The notes: generated from the letters alone by a model not told the origin. DNA of 64,000 bases from Prevotella sp. (GCA_031285625.1 JAITVV010000025.1:32005-96004), one strand, 5' to 3'. Numbered from the stretch's first letter, positions 50,353 through 60,662 are shown. Program-made: numbers and translations.

Positions 50353-50418
50353 TGTAACAATTATTACATCATTTGTTTCATTTGTTATATTCATTCAGTA
50401 TTTATATACCTAAAATTG
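50353..50418 (+). promoter_or_regulatory. Putative HTCS-activated promoter of the permease-kinase-GH172-susCD operon
   Basis: Two 21-bp-period direct repeats (50353-50373, 50374-50394), 16 nt, then a degenerate -7 element TAAAATTG. Confidence 0.65.
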
Positions 50419-50465
50419 CAATGTTTTAGAATGTATAGTTTAACATAATCTAATCTATTGTATAA

Positions 50466-51782
50466 ATGAAAAAAAATAATTCCCCTTTGTTTTTATACAC
50501 GTTTATTGCTGTTTTAGGAGGGCTGATCTTTGGACTGAATATGGCTGGTATTTCAGGAGCTATCCCTTTCATACAGGAATATTTCAGGTTAGACGATATG
50601 ACCCTTGGGTTTGTCGTCAGTATATTAACTATAGGTTGCCTCTTTGGTGCTTTATTGGGAGGGCAGTTCAGTGATAAATTCGGAAGAAAGAAAGTCATGT
50701 TTTTTTCTGCAATTTTATTTGTGATATCTTCCATTGGCTGTGCCTTTAGTTCAGGTATGTACGGATTGATACTTTTCCGTCTGATTGGCGGTTTCGGTGT
50801 AGGTATGATTTCGGCTGTTATACCTGTATATATATCTGAAATATCACCTGCAAGACTGCGCGGAACTCTGGTGTCTTACAATCAATTGGCGGTTGTAATT
50901 GGTATATTGATAGCCTATATTGTAGATTATATATTGTTGAACCATGAGGATAACTGGCGAATGATGCTTGGTTTTCCTTTCGTTTTCAGTATAGCATATT
51001 TTCTGCTACTGATTATCCTGCCCGAAAGTCCGCGATGGTTATATATGAAAGGCCATACGGAAAAAGGGGATACAACATTAGAGAAACTGGGTTTAGATAA
51101 AACCGAAGTTAGCATAAATACAACAGAGAAGAATAGTACAAAACTGAGTTCGCTTTTTAAGGGGAAATTAGCAAAAATACTATTGATCGGTTCTTTACTA
51201 GCTGCATTTCAGCAAATAACAGGTATAAATGTAATAATAAATTATGCCCCGACTATTTTTGAGATGACAGGGGTCGCAGGTGATACAGCTCTGGTACAAT
51301 CCATATATGTGGGGATCGTAAACCTTATATTTACATTGGTAGCTGTATGGCTTGTCGATCGCATAGGGCGGAAGATGTTATTGCTATGTGGCTGCGGTGG
51401 AATGATTGTGTCGTTATTATATCTGATTTATACGTTTATTGTTCCATCAGCCAGCGGTGTTGGATCTTTGATTGCAGTGTTATGTTATATTGGTTTCTTT
51501 GCAGCATCATTGGCTCCTGTGATGTGGGTTGTAACTTCTGAAATTTATCCTTCGCGTATCAGAGGTACTGCCATGTCTATATCTACTGGGATAAGTTGGT
51601 TATGTACTTTCCTTACAGTACAGTTCTTCCCTTGGATACTAAATAATCTGGGCGGTTCAGTAGCATTTGGCATATTTGCAGTATTTAGTGTTATAGCTTT
51701 TATTTTTATTCTTGTATACATACCCGAAACAAAGGGTAAATCGTTGGAACAAATAGAGAAAGAATTAGGCTTAAATGAATAA
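50466..51782 (+). CDS. Sugar porter family MFS transporter (probable fructose permease)
   Basis: SDKFGRK, YISEISPA..RG, PESPRWL, QQITGIN, PETKGKSLE. Confidence 0.92.
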   Translation: MKKNNSPLFLYTFIAVLGGLIFGLNMAGISGAIPFIQEYFRLDDMTLGFVVSILTIGCLFGALLGGQFSDKFGRKKVMFFSAILFVISSIGCAFSSGMYGLILFRLIGGFGVGMISAVIPVYISEISPARLRGTLVSYNQLAVVIGILIAYIVDYILLNHEDNWRMMLGFPFVFSIAYFLLLIILPESPRWLYMKGHTEKGDTTLEKLGLDKTEVSINTTEKNSTKLSSLFKGKLAKILLIGSLLAAFQQITGINVIINYAPTIFEMTGVAGDTALVQSIYVGIVNLIFTLVAVWLVDRIGRKMLLLCGCGGMIVSLLYLIYTFIVPSASGVGSLIAVLCYIGFFAASLAPVMWVVTSEIYPSRIRGTAMSISTGISWLCTFLTVQFFPWILNNLGGSVAFGIFAVFSVIAFIFILVYIPETKGKSLEQIEKELGLNE

Positions 51783-52659
51783 TAACATGAAAGAAAAAAA
51801 TATTATTATAGGTATTGGTGAATTGTTGTGGGATGTTCTCCCATCCGGTAAAAAGGCTGGGGGAGCGCCTGTAAACTTTGCCTTTCATGCATCGCAAACC
51901 GGAGCTGACGCCTATGCTATAAGTGCTTTGGGGAAAGATTCGCTTGGTGATGAATTATTACAGGAATTAAATAATAATGGTATAAAGTACCTGGTAGAAA
52001 AGGTAAGCTATCCTACAGGAACAGTTGATGTTAAACTGGATAATGGAATACCACACTATACCATAAATGAGAATGTAGCCTGGGATTATATCCCTTTAAC
52101 TGATACAATGAAACAGCTTGCAGTTCAGGCTGATGCTATTTGTTTTGGTACTTTGGCTCAACGGAACCATGTTTCAAGAAACACAACAATAGAATTGCTT
52201 AAACTTGCAGAAAATTGTGTCTATAAATTATATGATATAAATTTAAGACAACATTTCTATTCAAAAGAACTGATCGAAAATTCCTTATTGTATGCAAATG
52301 CTTTTAAAATCAATGAAGAGGAAATTGAAATACTAAAGGATTTATTTTCGCTCAGAATGGAAAATGAACAAGTATGCCACTGGTTTATATCACAATACAA
52401 CCTGAAACTTGTAATTCTTACAGCCGGATCATCTTATAGTACTGTTTGTACTTTTGGCGAAACTTCAACTATAGAAACACCTCGGATAAATGTTGCTGAT
52501 ACAGTAGGTGCCGGTGATTGTTTTTCAGGGGTACTGATTACATCATTACTGATAGGAAAAACACTTGCAGAAGCACATAGAATGGCTGTGAATGCTGCCG
52601 CACATGTCTGTTCATTTCCGGGAGCATGGGTTAAGCATACCGAAACAATTACTAAATAA
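51775..52659 (+). CDS. PfkB family carbohydrate kinase (fructokinase)
   Basis: GIGELLWD, GGAPVNFA, DINLR, DTVGAGDCF. Confidence 0.9.
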   Translation: MNNNMKEKNIIIGIGELLWDVLPSGKKAGGAPVNFAFHASQTGADAYAISALGKDSLGDELLQELNNNGIKYLVEKVSYPTGTVDVKLDNGIPHYTINENVAWDYIPLTDTMKQLAVQADAICFGTLAQRNHVSRNTTIELLKLAENCVYKLYDINLRQHFYSKELIENSLLYANAFKINEEEIEILKDLFSLRMENEQVCHWFISQYNLKLVILTAGSSYSTVCTFGETSTIETPRINVADTVGAGDCFSGVLITSLLIGKTLAEAHRMAVNAAAHVCSFPGAWVKHTETITK

Positions 52660-52675
52660 CCTAAATACATATACT

Positions 52676-54757
52676 ATGAAAATAACAAAACTGTGTTTTA
52701 TACTCATCAGTCTTGGATTATTATTCAAATCGTGTGACAAAGGAGAAAAGGTCATTACGTTAGAGTCACTTCTCGAAGAAATGGTATCTGTAGAAGAACT
52801 ATCCCGTTTTCCGGATCCATATTATACCTGCCATCAAGAAAGCAGTTATGACAGGCGTTCCGTTTCTCCGGATGATCCTACTTGGTTTGCCAATGATGAT
52901 GGGTTTGGTATTATGCGGATAGATACAATTGGAGACAGAATAGAAAAAGTAATGTTCGACGAAACCGGTCCCGGAGTGATAACCCGTATTTGGGTAACAA
53001 CAATAAATAAGAGTGGTACCTGGCGCTTCTATTTTGATGGCTCTTCTGAACCCGGATGGACTATACCGGCTTACGACCTTATGCAGATAAATGTACCGGG
53101 CATTGGACGCGGACTACTCCAGCCTCATACCAGTTACGAGCCGGATGGAAAGGGAGGAAACACATTATTTCTTCCTATCCCATACGGTAAAGGTTGTAAA
53201 ATTACATTTGAGGATGCACCGGGTGTAGAACTAACACCTAAATACTATGGTATTAATTTTCGTAGGTATCCTCAGAATACTGCTATAGAGACATTTTCGG
53301 AGGAAGTACTAAAAAGGGCTCAGCAAAAGATTGCCCAGACCGATAACCTACTGTTAAATCCTGCTGAAATTAGAAAGGGGGAAGTAATAAATGAAAGCAA
53401 AGAATTGGCAGCAACCGACTCTTTATCCATCAGTTTGCCCGAAGGAGAGAAAGCCGTTTATGAAATAAAGTTCAATGTAGGTGTTAAAGATTCGTCAGAT
53501 TTTGCACAGATGATGAGGCAAATTATTTTTTGCGCTCAATTTGACGGTAAGCAAACCGTATGGGTACCACTTAGCGATTTTTCCGGTGGGGGTATGGGTG
53601 CCCCATATGTAAAAAGCTGGTATCTTGATTCAGATGGAAAAGGAAATATTATCAGCCGTTGGCTAATGCCATACAAAAAGCAAGGAGTAATCAAACTGGT
53701 AAATATATCACCTTTGCCAATAAATGTAAAGATAGAAGCAAATGTACTACCTCTTACATGGGATGCGAGATCACTATACTTTCACAGCTCATGGCGTCAG
53801 GAAGCACAGATCCCTGTTCATAAATATGATGAACCGGAAAACTGTACCGAATGGAACTTTGCAACCATACAAGGACGGGGACTTTACATGGGTGATCTAT
53901 TGTCATTATTTAATCATGCGCCACGTTGGTATGGAGAAGGCGATGAAAAAATCTGGGTAGATAATGATACTTTTCCTTCACATTTTGGTACTGGAACTGA
54001 AGACTATTATAATAGTTCATGGGCTCCGGTTGTCCCTTTCCATACACCATTTGGTGGAGCACCCCGTGCAGATTTGGAAAGTTCACATGGTTACAATGCA
54101 TTTTTCCGTACGCGGAATCTGGATGGCATACCTTTTAAGGAGAAATTTAGATTCGATATTGAGATGATTGGTTGGCAAAGGGGCTACTCCGATTATGCGA
54201 CAACTACATATTGGTATGGAGACTATGATGCTAAGGCAATAGGGCTTTCCGGAGTAGAAGAAGCTACAAAAAAATTAGTTCCTACCCCCGAGAATCCCAA
54301 AGATTATAAGATAGCGAATAGTATAGAGTTTGAGGAGTTGAAGCCTGTAGCTCAATCAGTTTCGCTGCAGATTGGAGGACAAGGTACTGCAGATTTCTCA
54401 GATGGAAAGTGGAGCCGGGCAAAACATTTGTTGTGTAGGAACGGAAAAGAGGGAGATTTTATAGAATTTGAATTTGACAATCTGGAATCAGAAGAGAAAT
54501 ACAAAATGGTACTTTTTGCTACACAAGCAAGTGATTATGGGATACTGAAATTCATTGTTAATGATAAAACTTCTAATGTAACATTTGACGGATACAACAA
54601 AACAGTCAGACATTCTGCCCCAATAAACATCGGAACTTATAGACCGGTATCAGGTAAAATTAAATTGAAAATAGAGATAACAGGAACAAACACACTATCT
54701 GAAGGAGCAAGGTATATGTTCGGATTGGATTGCGTACAACTAATGCCAGAAAAGTAA
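52676..54757 (+). CDS. GH172 (DUF2961) glycoside hydrolase lipoprotein with C-terminal beta-sandwich extension
   Basis: Lipobox MKITKLCFILISLGLLFKSC; SSYDR, GPGVITRIW, WYGEGDEKIWVD and FGTGTEDYY motifs of DUF2961. Confidence 0.85.
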   Translation: MKITKLCFILISLGLLFKSCDKGEKVITLESLLEEMVSVEELSRFPDPYYTCHQESSYDRRSVSPDDPTWFANDDGFGIMRIDTIGDRIEKVMFDETGPGVITRIWVTTINKSGTWRFYFDGSSEPGWTIPAYDLMQINVPGIGRGLLQPHTSYEPDGKGGNTLFLPIPYGKGCKITFEDAPGVELTPKYYGINFRRYPQNTAIETFSEEVLKRAQQKIAQTDNLLLNPAEIRKGEVINESKELAATDSLSISLPEGEKAVYEIKFNVGVKDSSDFAQMMRQIIFCAQFDGKQTVWVPLSDFSGGGMGAPYVKSWYLDSDGKGNIISRWLMPYKKQGVIKLVNISPLPINVKIEANVLPLTWDARSLYFHSSWRQEAQIPVHKYDEPENCTEWNFATIQGRGLYMGDLLSLFNHAPRWYGEGDEKIWVDNDTFPSHFGTGTEDYYNSSWAPVVPFHTPFGGAPRADLESSHGYNAFFRTRNLDGIPFKEKFRFDIEMIGWQRGYSDYATTTYWYGDYDAKAIGLSGVEEATKKLVPTPENPKDYKIANSIEFEELKPVAQSVSLQIGGQGTADFSDGKWSRAKHLLCRNGKEGDFIEFEFDNLESEEKYKMVLFATQASDYGILKFIVNDKTSNVTFDGYNKTVRHSAPINIGTYRPVSGKIKLKIEITGTNTLSEGARYMFGLDCVQLMPEK

Positions 54758-54896
54758 TAATAGTTAACTGATATCTAATTAATTAGTAATTAAAAGAAGA
54801 ATTGTGTAGAGCACCCTAATCAGGGTGTTAGGGGGCATGCTATCTAATTAAAAACACTATTTCAACTTATATGTTAATCAAATTTTAATCGTAATT

Positions 54897-57800
54897 ATGA
54901 AACATTTAAAACATTTTGTTGTAACAAATCCTAAAGGTTTGTTACGGAAGAGAGCCAGATATCTGGGTTTGATCTTCCTCTTCATGTGGGCAACCAGCAT
55001 CACACATGCCAATCCATACCAATCGACACAGAAAAGACTTGTGACAGGGGTTGTAACAGAAAAAGAAACCGGAGACTTTCTTCCGGGAGCTACAATCTCT
55101 ATTAAAGGGAGTTCGAAAGGATCAATGACCGACATTAATGGTAAATATTCTATAGAAATTAATTCGGATAACGATATTCTGGTATTTTCATTTATTGGTA
55201 AAAAAACAGAAGAAAGGTCAGTGCGTGGAATCAATACACTGGATGTTATAATGGAAGACAATGCAACTGCATTGGGAGAGGTCATTGTCCAAACTGGTTA
55301 TATGACTCAGCGAAAAGCCGATTTAACAGGCTCTTTAGCAATAGCGTCTGCTTCAGATATTGCACAAAATCCTTCTACAAATGCTTTGAAATCGTTACAG
55401 GGTAAACTACCGGGAGTATTTATTACAGGTGATGGTAGTCCCGGGGCAAGTGTTAATGTTCAGATCAGGGGACTAACATCGCTAAATGCCCAGCCCGGGC
55501 CATTGATTGTACTGGATGGATTAGCCGGTGATTATAATCTGCGTGATATAAATCCTGCTAATATTGAATCTATACAGGTATTGAAGGATGCTTCTTCTGC
55601 CAGTATTTATGGCTCACGAGCGGCAGCCGGGGTAATTATTATTGAAACAAAAAAAGGAAAAGCCGGAGAGACAACTATTAGTTACGATGGCAGATTGCAA
55701 TTGTCAACCTGGTCGAACAAACCCGATCTGATGAATACCGATGAGTATGGGCGCGCACTGTGGCAGGCATGGGCAAATGATGGTAAGCTGGGAGAAATAG
55801 GAACCGGAATAAGATATTATAACTATGATTGGGGATACGATGGAAACGGAAATGCGGTTCTGAATTCGTTACAACCTGTGGAGTGGTTGAACAATGCAAA
55901 AACAATGCGTCCGGCCAATACCAATTGGGTTGATGAAATATCCAGAACAGGAGTATCTCATAATCATCAGATATCTATTTCGGCTGGTAACGATAAATCG
56001 CGCACGTTTTTCAATCTGGGTTATGAAGATACACAAGGCATCCAGATAGAGACATTCTGGAAAAAATATTCTGCCAGAATCAACACTGAATTTAATCTGA
56101 TAAATAAACGTTTAAAAATCGGGGAAAACTTCGAAATGAACTATATCAATTATAGAGAAGCCAATGAAACCGATTGGGCTGTAATGGAACCACCTATTAT
56201 TCCTGTTTATACAGACACCGGAGGATGGGGAGGTGCCTCTTTAGACGTGGGTATGGACGATTATCGCAATCCTGTGAAAAATCTCATATTAGGAAAAGAT
56301 AATGTAAATAAGTTCTTAAAGCTAATTGGTAACACCTATGCGGACCTGATGATAATTAAAGGATTACATGCACGTACTTCTTTTGGTGTCGACTATCGTG
56401 GAAGTTACTACCGGGCTATAGATCCTAAATGGGATGAAGCAGATGGAGCAGGAAGATCTGAAAAGTTGAACTATGTGAGAAATGATCAAAGTCATTTTCT
56501 CGAATATCAATGGACTAACCAGTTGAATTATAGTGGAACCTTTGGCAAGCATGCTATTGATGCTGTTGCCGGAGTTGAATTTACGAAAGCTGAAAGCGAA
56601 GGTTTTTATGCCAGAAAAAACGGACTGTTATTAGAGGACAGAGATTACGCATATCTTGATGTAGCTACAGGAGACCAAATAACAGAGGCTAAAGGATCAG
56701 GAGATGAATATTCATTGTTTTCTTATTTTGCAAAGGCGAATTATGCTTACGATTCAAAATACTTATTATCCGTGACATTCCGCCACGATGGTTCTTCTAA
56801 GTTCGGAGCCAATAACCAATGGGCGTCTTTTCCTGCATTCTCTTTAGGTTGGAGAATCAAGAACGAATCTTTTATGGAGAATCTGAATTATTTATCTGAC
56901 CTGAAACTCCGGTTCAGCTGGGGTAAAAATGGTAACTCTGCTATTCCTAGCGGATGGTTGCAAAATAGTTATATCGCAAATTATGATAAAACATCTTATG
57001 ATATAAAGGGAGTCGGTAGCGGCTCATTAATGTCTGGTTACTATAAAGACCGTACAGGAAATCCCGACCTAAAATGGGAGACAGTAACACAAACGAATTA
57101 TGGAATTGATTATGGTTTCCTGGATCAGAGAATCAGCGGATCTATTGACTACTTCTATAAGAAAACTACCGATATGCTTTACAAACCTGAATACATGGCT
57201 GGGATAGGTGAAGGAGGATATCAGTATGTAAATGGACCGAGTATGGAGAATAAAGGGATTGAATTACTTCTCATCTATAGAAGCAAACCGTCATCGGAGT
57301 TTAACTATAGCATAACAGGAAACTTTGCTACTTACAAAAATAAGATACTTGATCTTCCGGAATCTGTACGTAGCGTATATGGAGGTAATGGTATGCTGGA
57401 TGACATGATAGGACGTCCCCGTTCTTCTTTCTATGGGTATGTTGCTGATGGTATTTTCAAAACACAAGAGGAAGTTGATAATTCGCCTCAACAATCGGGA
57501 AAAGGTATAGGCCGTATACGCTACAAAGACCTTGATGGTGACGGAAATATAACATCTGATTTTGACCGTACATGGATTGGTGTCGGTGACCCTGATTTTA
57601 CTTTCGGACTTAACTTTCAGGCTAATTATAGAAATATAGATTTTTCAATGTTCTTTCAAGGTGTGTATGGAAACCAGGTATGGGATGAGTGGATAGAATA
57701 TAGCGATTTCTGGAATATCTCAACCAGAAGTAATAAAAATCACCTGAAAGGTGTATTTGATGCATGGACACCTCAAAATCCTAATTCTAATAAACCGGCC

Positions 57801-58085
57801 CTATCTACACAAAACCTGAACGACGAAGGAAGGTCTTCGACTTATTTTATCAAAGACGGATCGTATCTGAAGTTGAGAACTATAGAAATTGGATATACTT
57901 TCCCTAAGAGTATTATTAATAAAATATCAATGAGTCGTCTTAGAACTTATGTGTCTGCGAATAATCTGTTTACGATAAAGAAATGGTGGAGTGATGATAA
58001 ATTTACCGGACCTGATCCTGAAAATGCAGGTTTTGGATATGTAGTTCCTTTTACAATGACTTTTGGCGTTAATCTAACATTTTAA
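54897..58085 (+). CDS. susC: SusC/RagA TonB-dependent transporter
   Basis: GYMTQRKADLTGS, IESIQVLKDASSASIYGSRAAAGVI, NPDLKWET, DGSYLKLR, terminal NLTF. Confidence 0.96.
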   Translation: MKHLKHFVVTNPKGLLRKRARYLGLIFLFMWATSITHANPYQSTQKRLVTGVVTEKETGDFLPGATISIKGSSKGSMTDINGKYSIEINSDNDILVFSFIGKKTEERSVRGINTLDVIMEDNATALGEVIVQTGYMTQRKADLTGSLAIASASDIAQNPSTNALKSLQGKLPGVFITGDGSPGASVNVQIRGLTSLNAQPGPLIVLDGLAGDYNLRDINPANIESIQVLKDASSASIYGSRAAAGVIIIETKKGKAGETTISYDGRLQLSTWSNKPDLMNTDEYGRALWQAWANDGKLGEIGTGIRYYNYDWGYDGNGNAVLNSLQPVEWLNNAKTMRPANTNWVDEISRTGVSHNHQISISAGNDKSRTFFNLGYEDTQGIQIETFWKKYSARINTEFNLINKRLKIGENFEMNYINYREANETDWAVMEPPIIPVYTDTGGWGGASLDVGMDDYRNPVKNLILGKDNVNKFLKLIGNTYADLMIIKGLHARTSFGVDYRGSYYRAIDPKWDEADGAGRSEKLNYVRNDQSHFLEYQWTNQLNYSGTFGKHAIDAVAGVEFTKAESEGFYARKNGLLLEDRDYAYLDVATGDQITEAKGSGDEYSLFSYFAKANYAYDSKYLLSVTFRHDGSSKFGANNQWASFPAFSLGWRIKNESFMENLNYLSDLKLRFSWGKNGNSAIPSGWLQNSYIANYDKTSYDIKGVGSGSLMSGYYKDRTGNPDLKWETVTQTNYGIDYGFLDQRISGSIDYFYKKTTDMLYKPEYMAGIGEGGYQYVNGPSMENKGIELLLIYRSKPSSEFNYSITGNFATYKNKILDLPESVRSVYGGNGMLDDMIGRPRSSFYGYVADGIFKTQEEVDNSPQQSGKGIGRIRYKDLDGDGNITSDFDRTWIGVGDPDFTFGLNFQANYRNIDFSMFFQGVYGNQVWDEWIEYSDFWNISTRSNKNHLKGVFDAWTPQNPNSNKPALSTQNLNDEGRSSTYFIKDGSYLKLRTIEIGYTFPKSIINKISMSRLRTYVSANNLFTIKKWWSDDKFTGPDPENAGFGYVVPFTMTFGVNLTF

Positions 58086-58095
58086 ATAAATAATT

Positions 58096-59838
58096 ATGAA
58101 AATAATATATACATCTTTATTATTGCCTGTTATAGCCTTAATAATGATTAGCTGTAACGATCAGCTGAATGTAAATCCGAAAGGACTTCTGGCAGACGAT
58201 TTTATGTTGGGAAAGCCGGAATATATTGAAGGTTTTATTACGCCATGTTACTCGGCTATACCGAATCTCCCGTGGTCAGATTCCCATAATAGTTGGATGC
58301 ACGGTTCGATAAGGTCGGACGATGCTTATAAAGGAGGGGCAGGTACCAGCGACCAGCAAAGCTGGTATGAAATGGAAATATTTACTTCGGTAGTGCCTAC
58401 AATTGATAGAAATGATGGAGTATGGACAAGTGGATATTTTGCCATATCTAGGTATAATACGGCACTTTACGCATTGTCTTTACTTACCGATGAGAATTAT
58501 CCGTTGAAAAACACAAGAATAGGAGAAGTGAAGTTTCTCCGCGGATCGACATATTTTTTTATGAAAACCCTGTGGCGGTATATTCCTTGGATTGATGAAA
58601 CTACTGCCCGGGATGTAGAGGTTATTAAAACAACCCCTAACAAGATTGACGGTGCTGATGATAGCCAATTATGGCAAAATATTGTAGCCGATCTTGAAGA
58701 AGCTGTAAGGTTACTTCCCGAGGAACAGAAAGATGAACCGGGACGGGTGAATAAAAATACAGCCCGGGCTATGGCGGCAAAGGCTTTACTCTTTATGGCT
58801 TATGAACAGGACGAAAGGCATCAGGTAAAAAATATAAACAAGGATGTACTTCAACGTGCCCTTACTTATATAAATGAAATTACTGATCAGGAAGGTAATG
58901 CGGTAGCTTTATGTGAAGATTTTGCCGATAACTTTTTGCCGGAATATGACAATGCTACCAAAGAAGCAATATGGGAACTTCAATATTCGATAAGTGATGG
59001 AACCTCTAATGGTGGGAATACCAATAATGGTTCGGAATTAAATGCACCATCGTGGGAACCTTATTTCCCTTGCTGTGATTTCCATAAAGTTAGTTTCAAC
59101 CTGGCAAATGCATTTAGGGTAGATGCAAATGGGTTACCTCTTTTCGATACATTTAATAATGCAGAACTAAAGGGTCATTATGATACCTATTTTGCAGAAA
59201 ACACTTTCGATCCCCGTTTCAGTCACACAGCCGCTGTACCCGGATATCCATTCAAGTATGACCCGGATTTGCTTTTCCAGGAGAGTGGCTCACGAAGTCC
59301 TGGTGATTATGGATATATGAAATCTTTAAAGGAATTGGTACATCCGGACTGTGCTTGTCTTATCGTAAACCGGAATTCAATGAATGTGAAGCAAATCCGT
59401 TATGCAGAGGTTCTTTTATGGAAGGCTGAGATTCTAATTCAATTAGATCGTCACGCAGAGGCTCGTCCTATTATTAACAAAGTTCGTCAAAGGGCTGCTA
59501 ACAGTACTATTCGATTGAGAAATAATGATGGTTCATATTATCTTGATTATAAAGTAGGCTTATACCCGAATGATTCGAAATGGACTAAAGAATATGCCTG
59601 GAAAGCTTTAATGTTTGAGAATAGAATGGAAACGGCTTGTGAAGGCCGGCGCTTTTTTGACTTGCAGAGATGGGGTATTCTGGAACCGACAATGAATGCG
59701 TATTTTCAAAAGGAAAAAAATAGATTCTCGTGGATGAACAATGCAGTTTTTGTAGCAGGAAGAGACGAATATAAACCTATTCCACAAAATCAAATGAATT
59801 GGTCGATGGGTGTATATACACAAAACCCTGGTTATTAA
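58096..59838 (+). CDS. susD: SusD/RagB nutrient-binding lipoprotein
   Basis: Lipobox MISC, RSDDAYKGG, IRYAEVLL, ENRMETACEGRRFFDLQRWG, QNPGY end. Confidence 0.95.
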   Translation: MKIIYTSLLLPVIALIMISCNDQLNVNPKGLLADDFMLGKPEYIEGFITPCYSAIPNLPWSDSHNSWMHGSIRSDDAYKGGAGTSDQQSWYEMEIFTSVVPTIDRNDGVWTSGYFAISRYNTALYALSLLTDENYPLKNTRIGEVKFLRGSTYFFMKTLWRYIPWIDETTARDVEVIKTTPNKIDGADDSQLWQNIVADLEEAVRLLPEEQKDEPGRVNKNTARAMAAKALLFMAYEQDERHQVKNINKDVLQRALTYINEITDQEGNAVALCEDFADNFLPEYDNATKEAIWELQYSISDGTSNGGNTNNGSELNAPSWEPYFPCCDFHKVSFNLANAFRVDANGLPLFDTFNNAELKGHYDTYFAENTFDPRFSHTAAVPGYPFKYDPDLLFQESGSRSPGDYGYMKSLKELVHPDCACLIVNRNSMNVKQIRYAEVLLWKAEILIQLDRHAEARPIINKVRQRAANSTIRLRNNDGSYYLDYKVGLYPNDSKWTKEYAWKALMFENRMETACEGRRFFDLQRWGILEPTMNAYFQKEKNRFSWMNNAVFVAGRDEYKPIPQNQMNWSMGVYTQNPGY

Positions 59839-59864
59839 TCTTAAATCATTAAAATAAGATAAGT

Positions 59865-60275
59865 ATGAAAAAAATAATATACATTCTGTTAACGATCAGT
59901 TTACCCTTCTTAGCAAATAGTTGTTACGATAGGGATGTCATTGATGGCAAAGATGGTGTTATATTACCTACGGTAGAGGGCCTGAAATCTACTTTATCAG
60001 GTTCTGATCAGGCTGTATTGTCTTGGAGTATACCATCATCTGGTATTTCCGATGAAATAAAAAGGCCTATATCTGTATTTATTCAGGTATATAAAGGTAC
60101 TACCAGAGAGTCTTACGTTTATCTGGAGGATGAACCTACAACATGGAATTTGACTTTAAAAGAACCTGATTCTAAATATAAAGTAGTCGTAAAACTCTAT
60201 GGTAACCTGAAAGAAAAATCCTATGGAAAATCAGATGAGATATATTCATTAGGTCAAACAGTGGAGGTTAATTAA
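59865..60275 (+). CDS. Small PUL-associated lipoprotein (possibly DUF4945-like)
   Basis: Lipobox ANSC followed by YDRDVID; 136 aa, Ig/Fn3-like beta pattern; directly after susD. Confidence 0.7.
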   Translation: MKKIIYILLTISLPFLANSCYDRDVIDGKDGVILPTVEGLKSTLSGSDQAVLSWSIPSSGISDEIKRPISVFIQVYKGTTRESYVYLEDEPTTWNLTLKEPDSKYKVVVKLYGNLKEKSYGKSDEIYSLGQTVEVN

Positions 60276-60294
60276 TATTTCTAGATTGGGGATG

Positions 60295-60337
60295 AAATGC
60301 CTCAAGAGTTTAATGATACTTTTGGGGCATTTTTTTT
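60295..60337 (+). terminator. Terminator closing the PUL
   Basis: AAATGCCTCAAGAGT/ACTTTTGGGGCATTT stem (G-U pairs) plus long T tract. Confidence 0.8.
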
Positions 60338-60500
60338 ATACATTATTGAATAGATATTCCTGTTAGTTAACCACAAATACAGAGTGCATCTAAGCTGAAT
60401 TAGCGTGGTTGAATATTAAAATAGTAATAAGATTCCTTCAATTTCTAGCTTAAAATTTGCTTTTTGTATCAGAAAATATATTAATTTTGCGAGACCAATT

Positions 60501-60573
60501 GCGAAAGTAGCTCAGTTGGTAGAGCACAACCTTCCCAAGGTTGGGGTCGCGGGTTCGAGCCCCGTTTTTCGCT
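60501..60573 (+). tRNA. tRNA-Gly(CCC)
   Basis: GCGAAAG acceptor, CAACC-TTCCCAA-GGTTG anticodon arm, GGTTCGAGCCC; TAATTTTG promoter at 60482-60489. Confidence 0.96.
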
Positions 60574-60580
60574 CGAAAAG

Positions 60581-60662
60581 GCGCATGTGGCGTAATGGTA
60601 GCCGCGCTGTCTTCAGGTGGCAGTGGACTATGTCCGTGGGGGTTCGAGTCCCTTCATGCGCA
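60581..60662 (+). tRNA. tRNA-Leu(CAG)
   Basis: GCGCATG/CATGCGC acceptor, CTGTC-TTCAGGT-GGCAG anticodon arm, long variable arm, GGTTCGAGTCC. Confidence 0.94.

Noticed and set aside
60276-60500. Search for a duplicated tRNA-Leu(GAG) 3' end marking the PUL as an integrated island
   Set aside because: No such direct repeat and no integrase found next to the PUL, so it is not called a mobile element.
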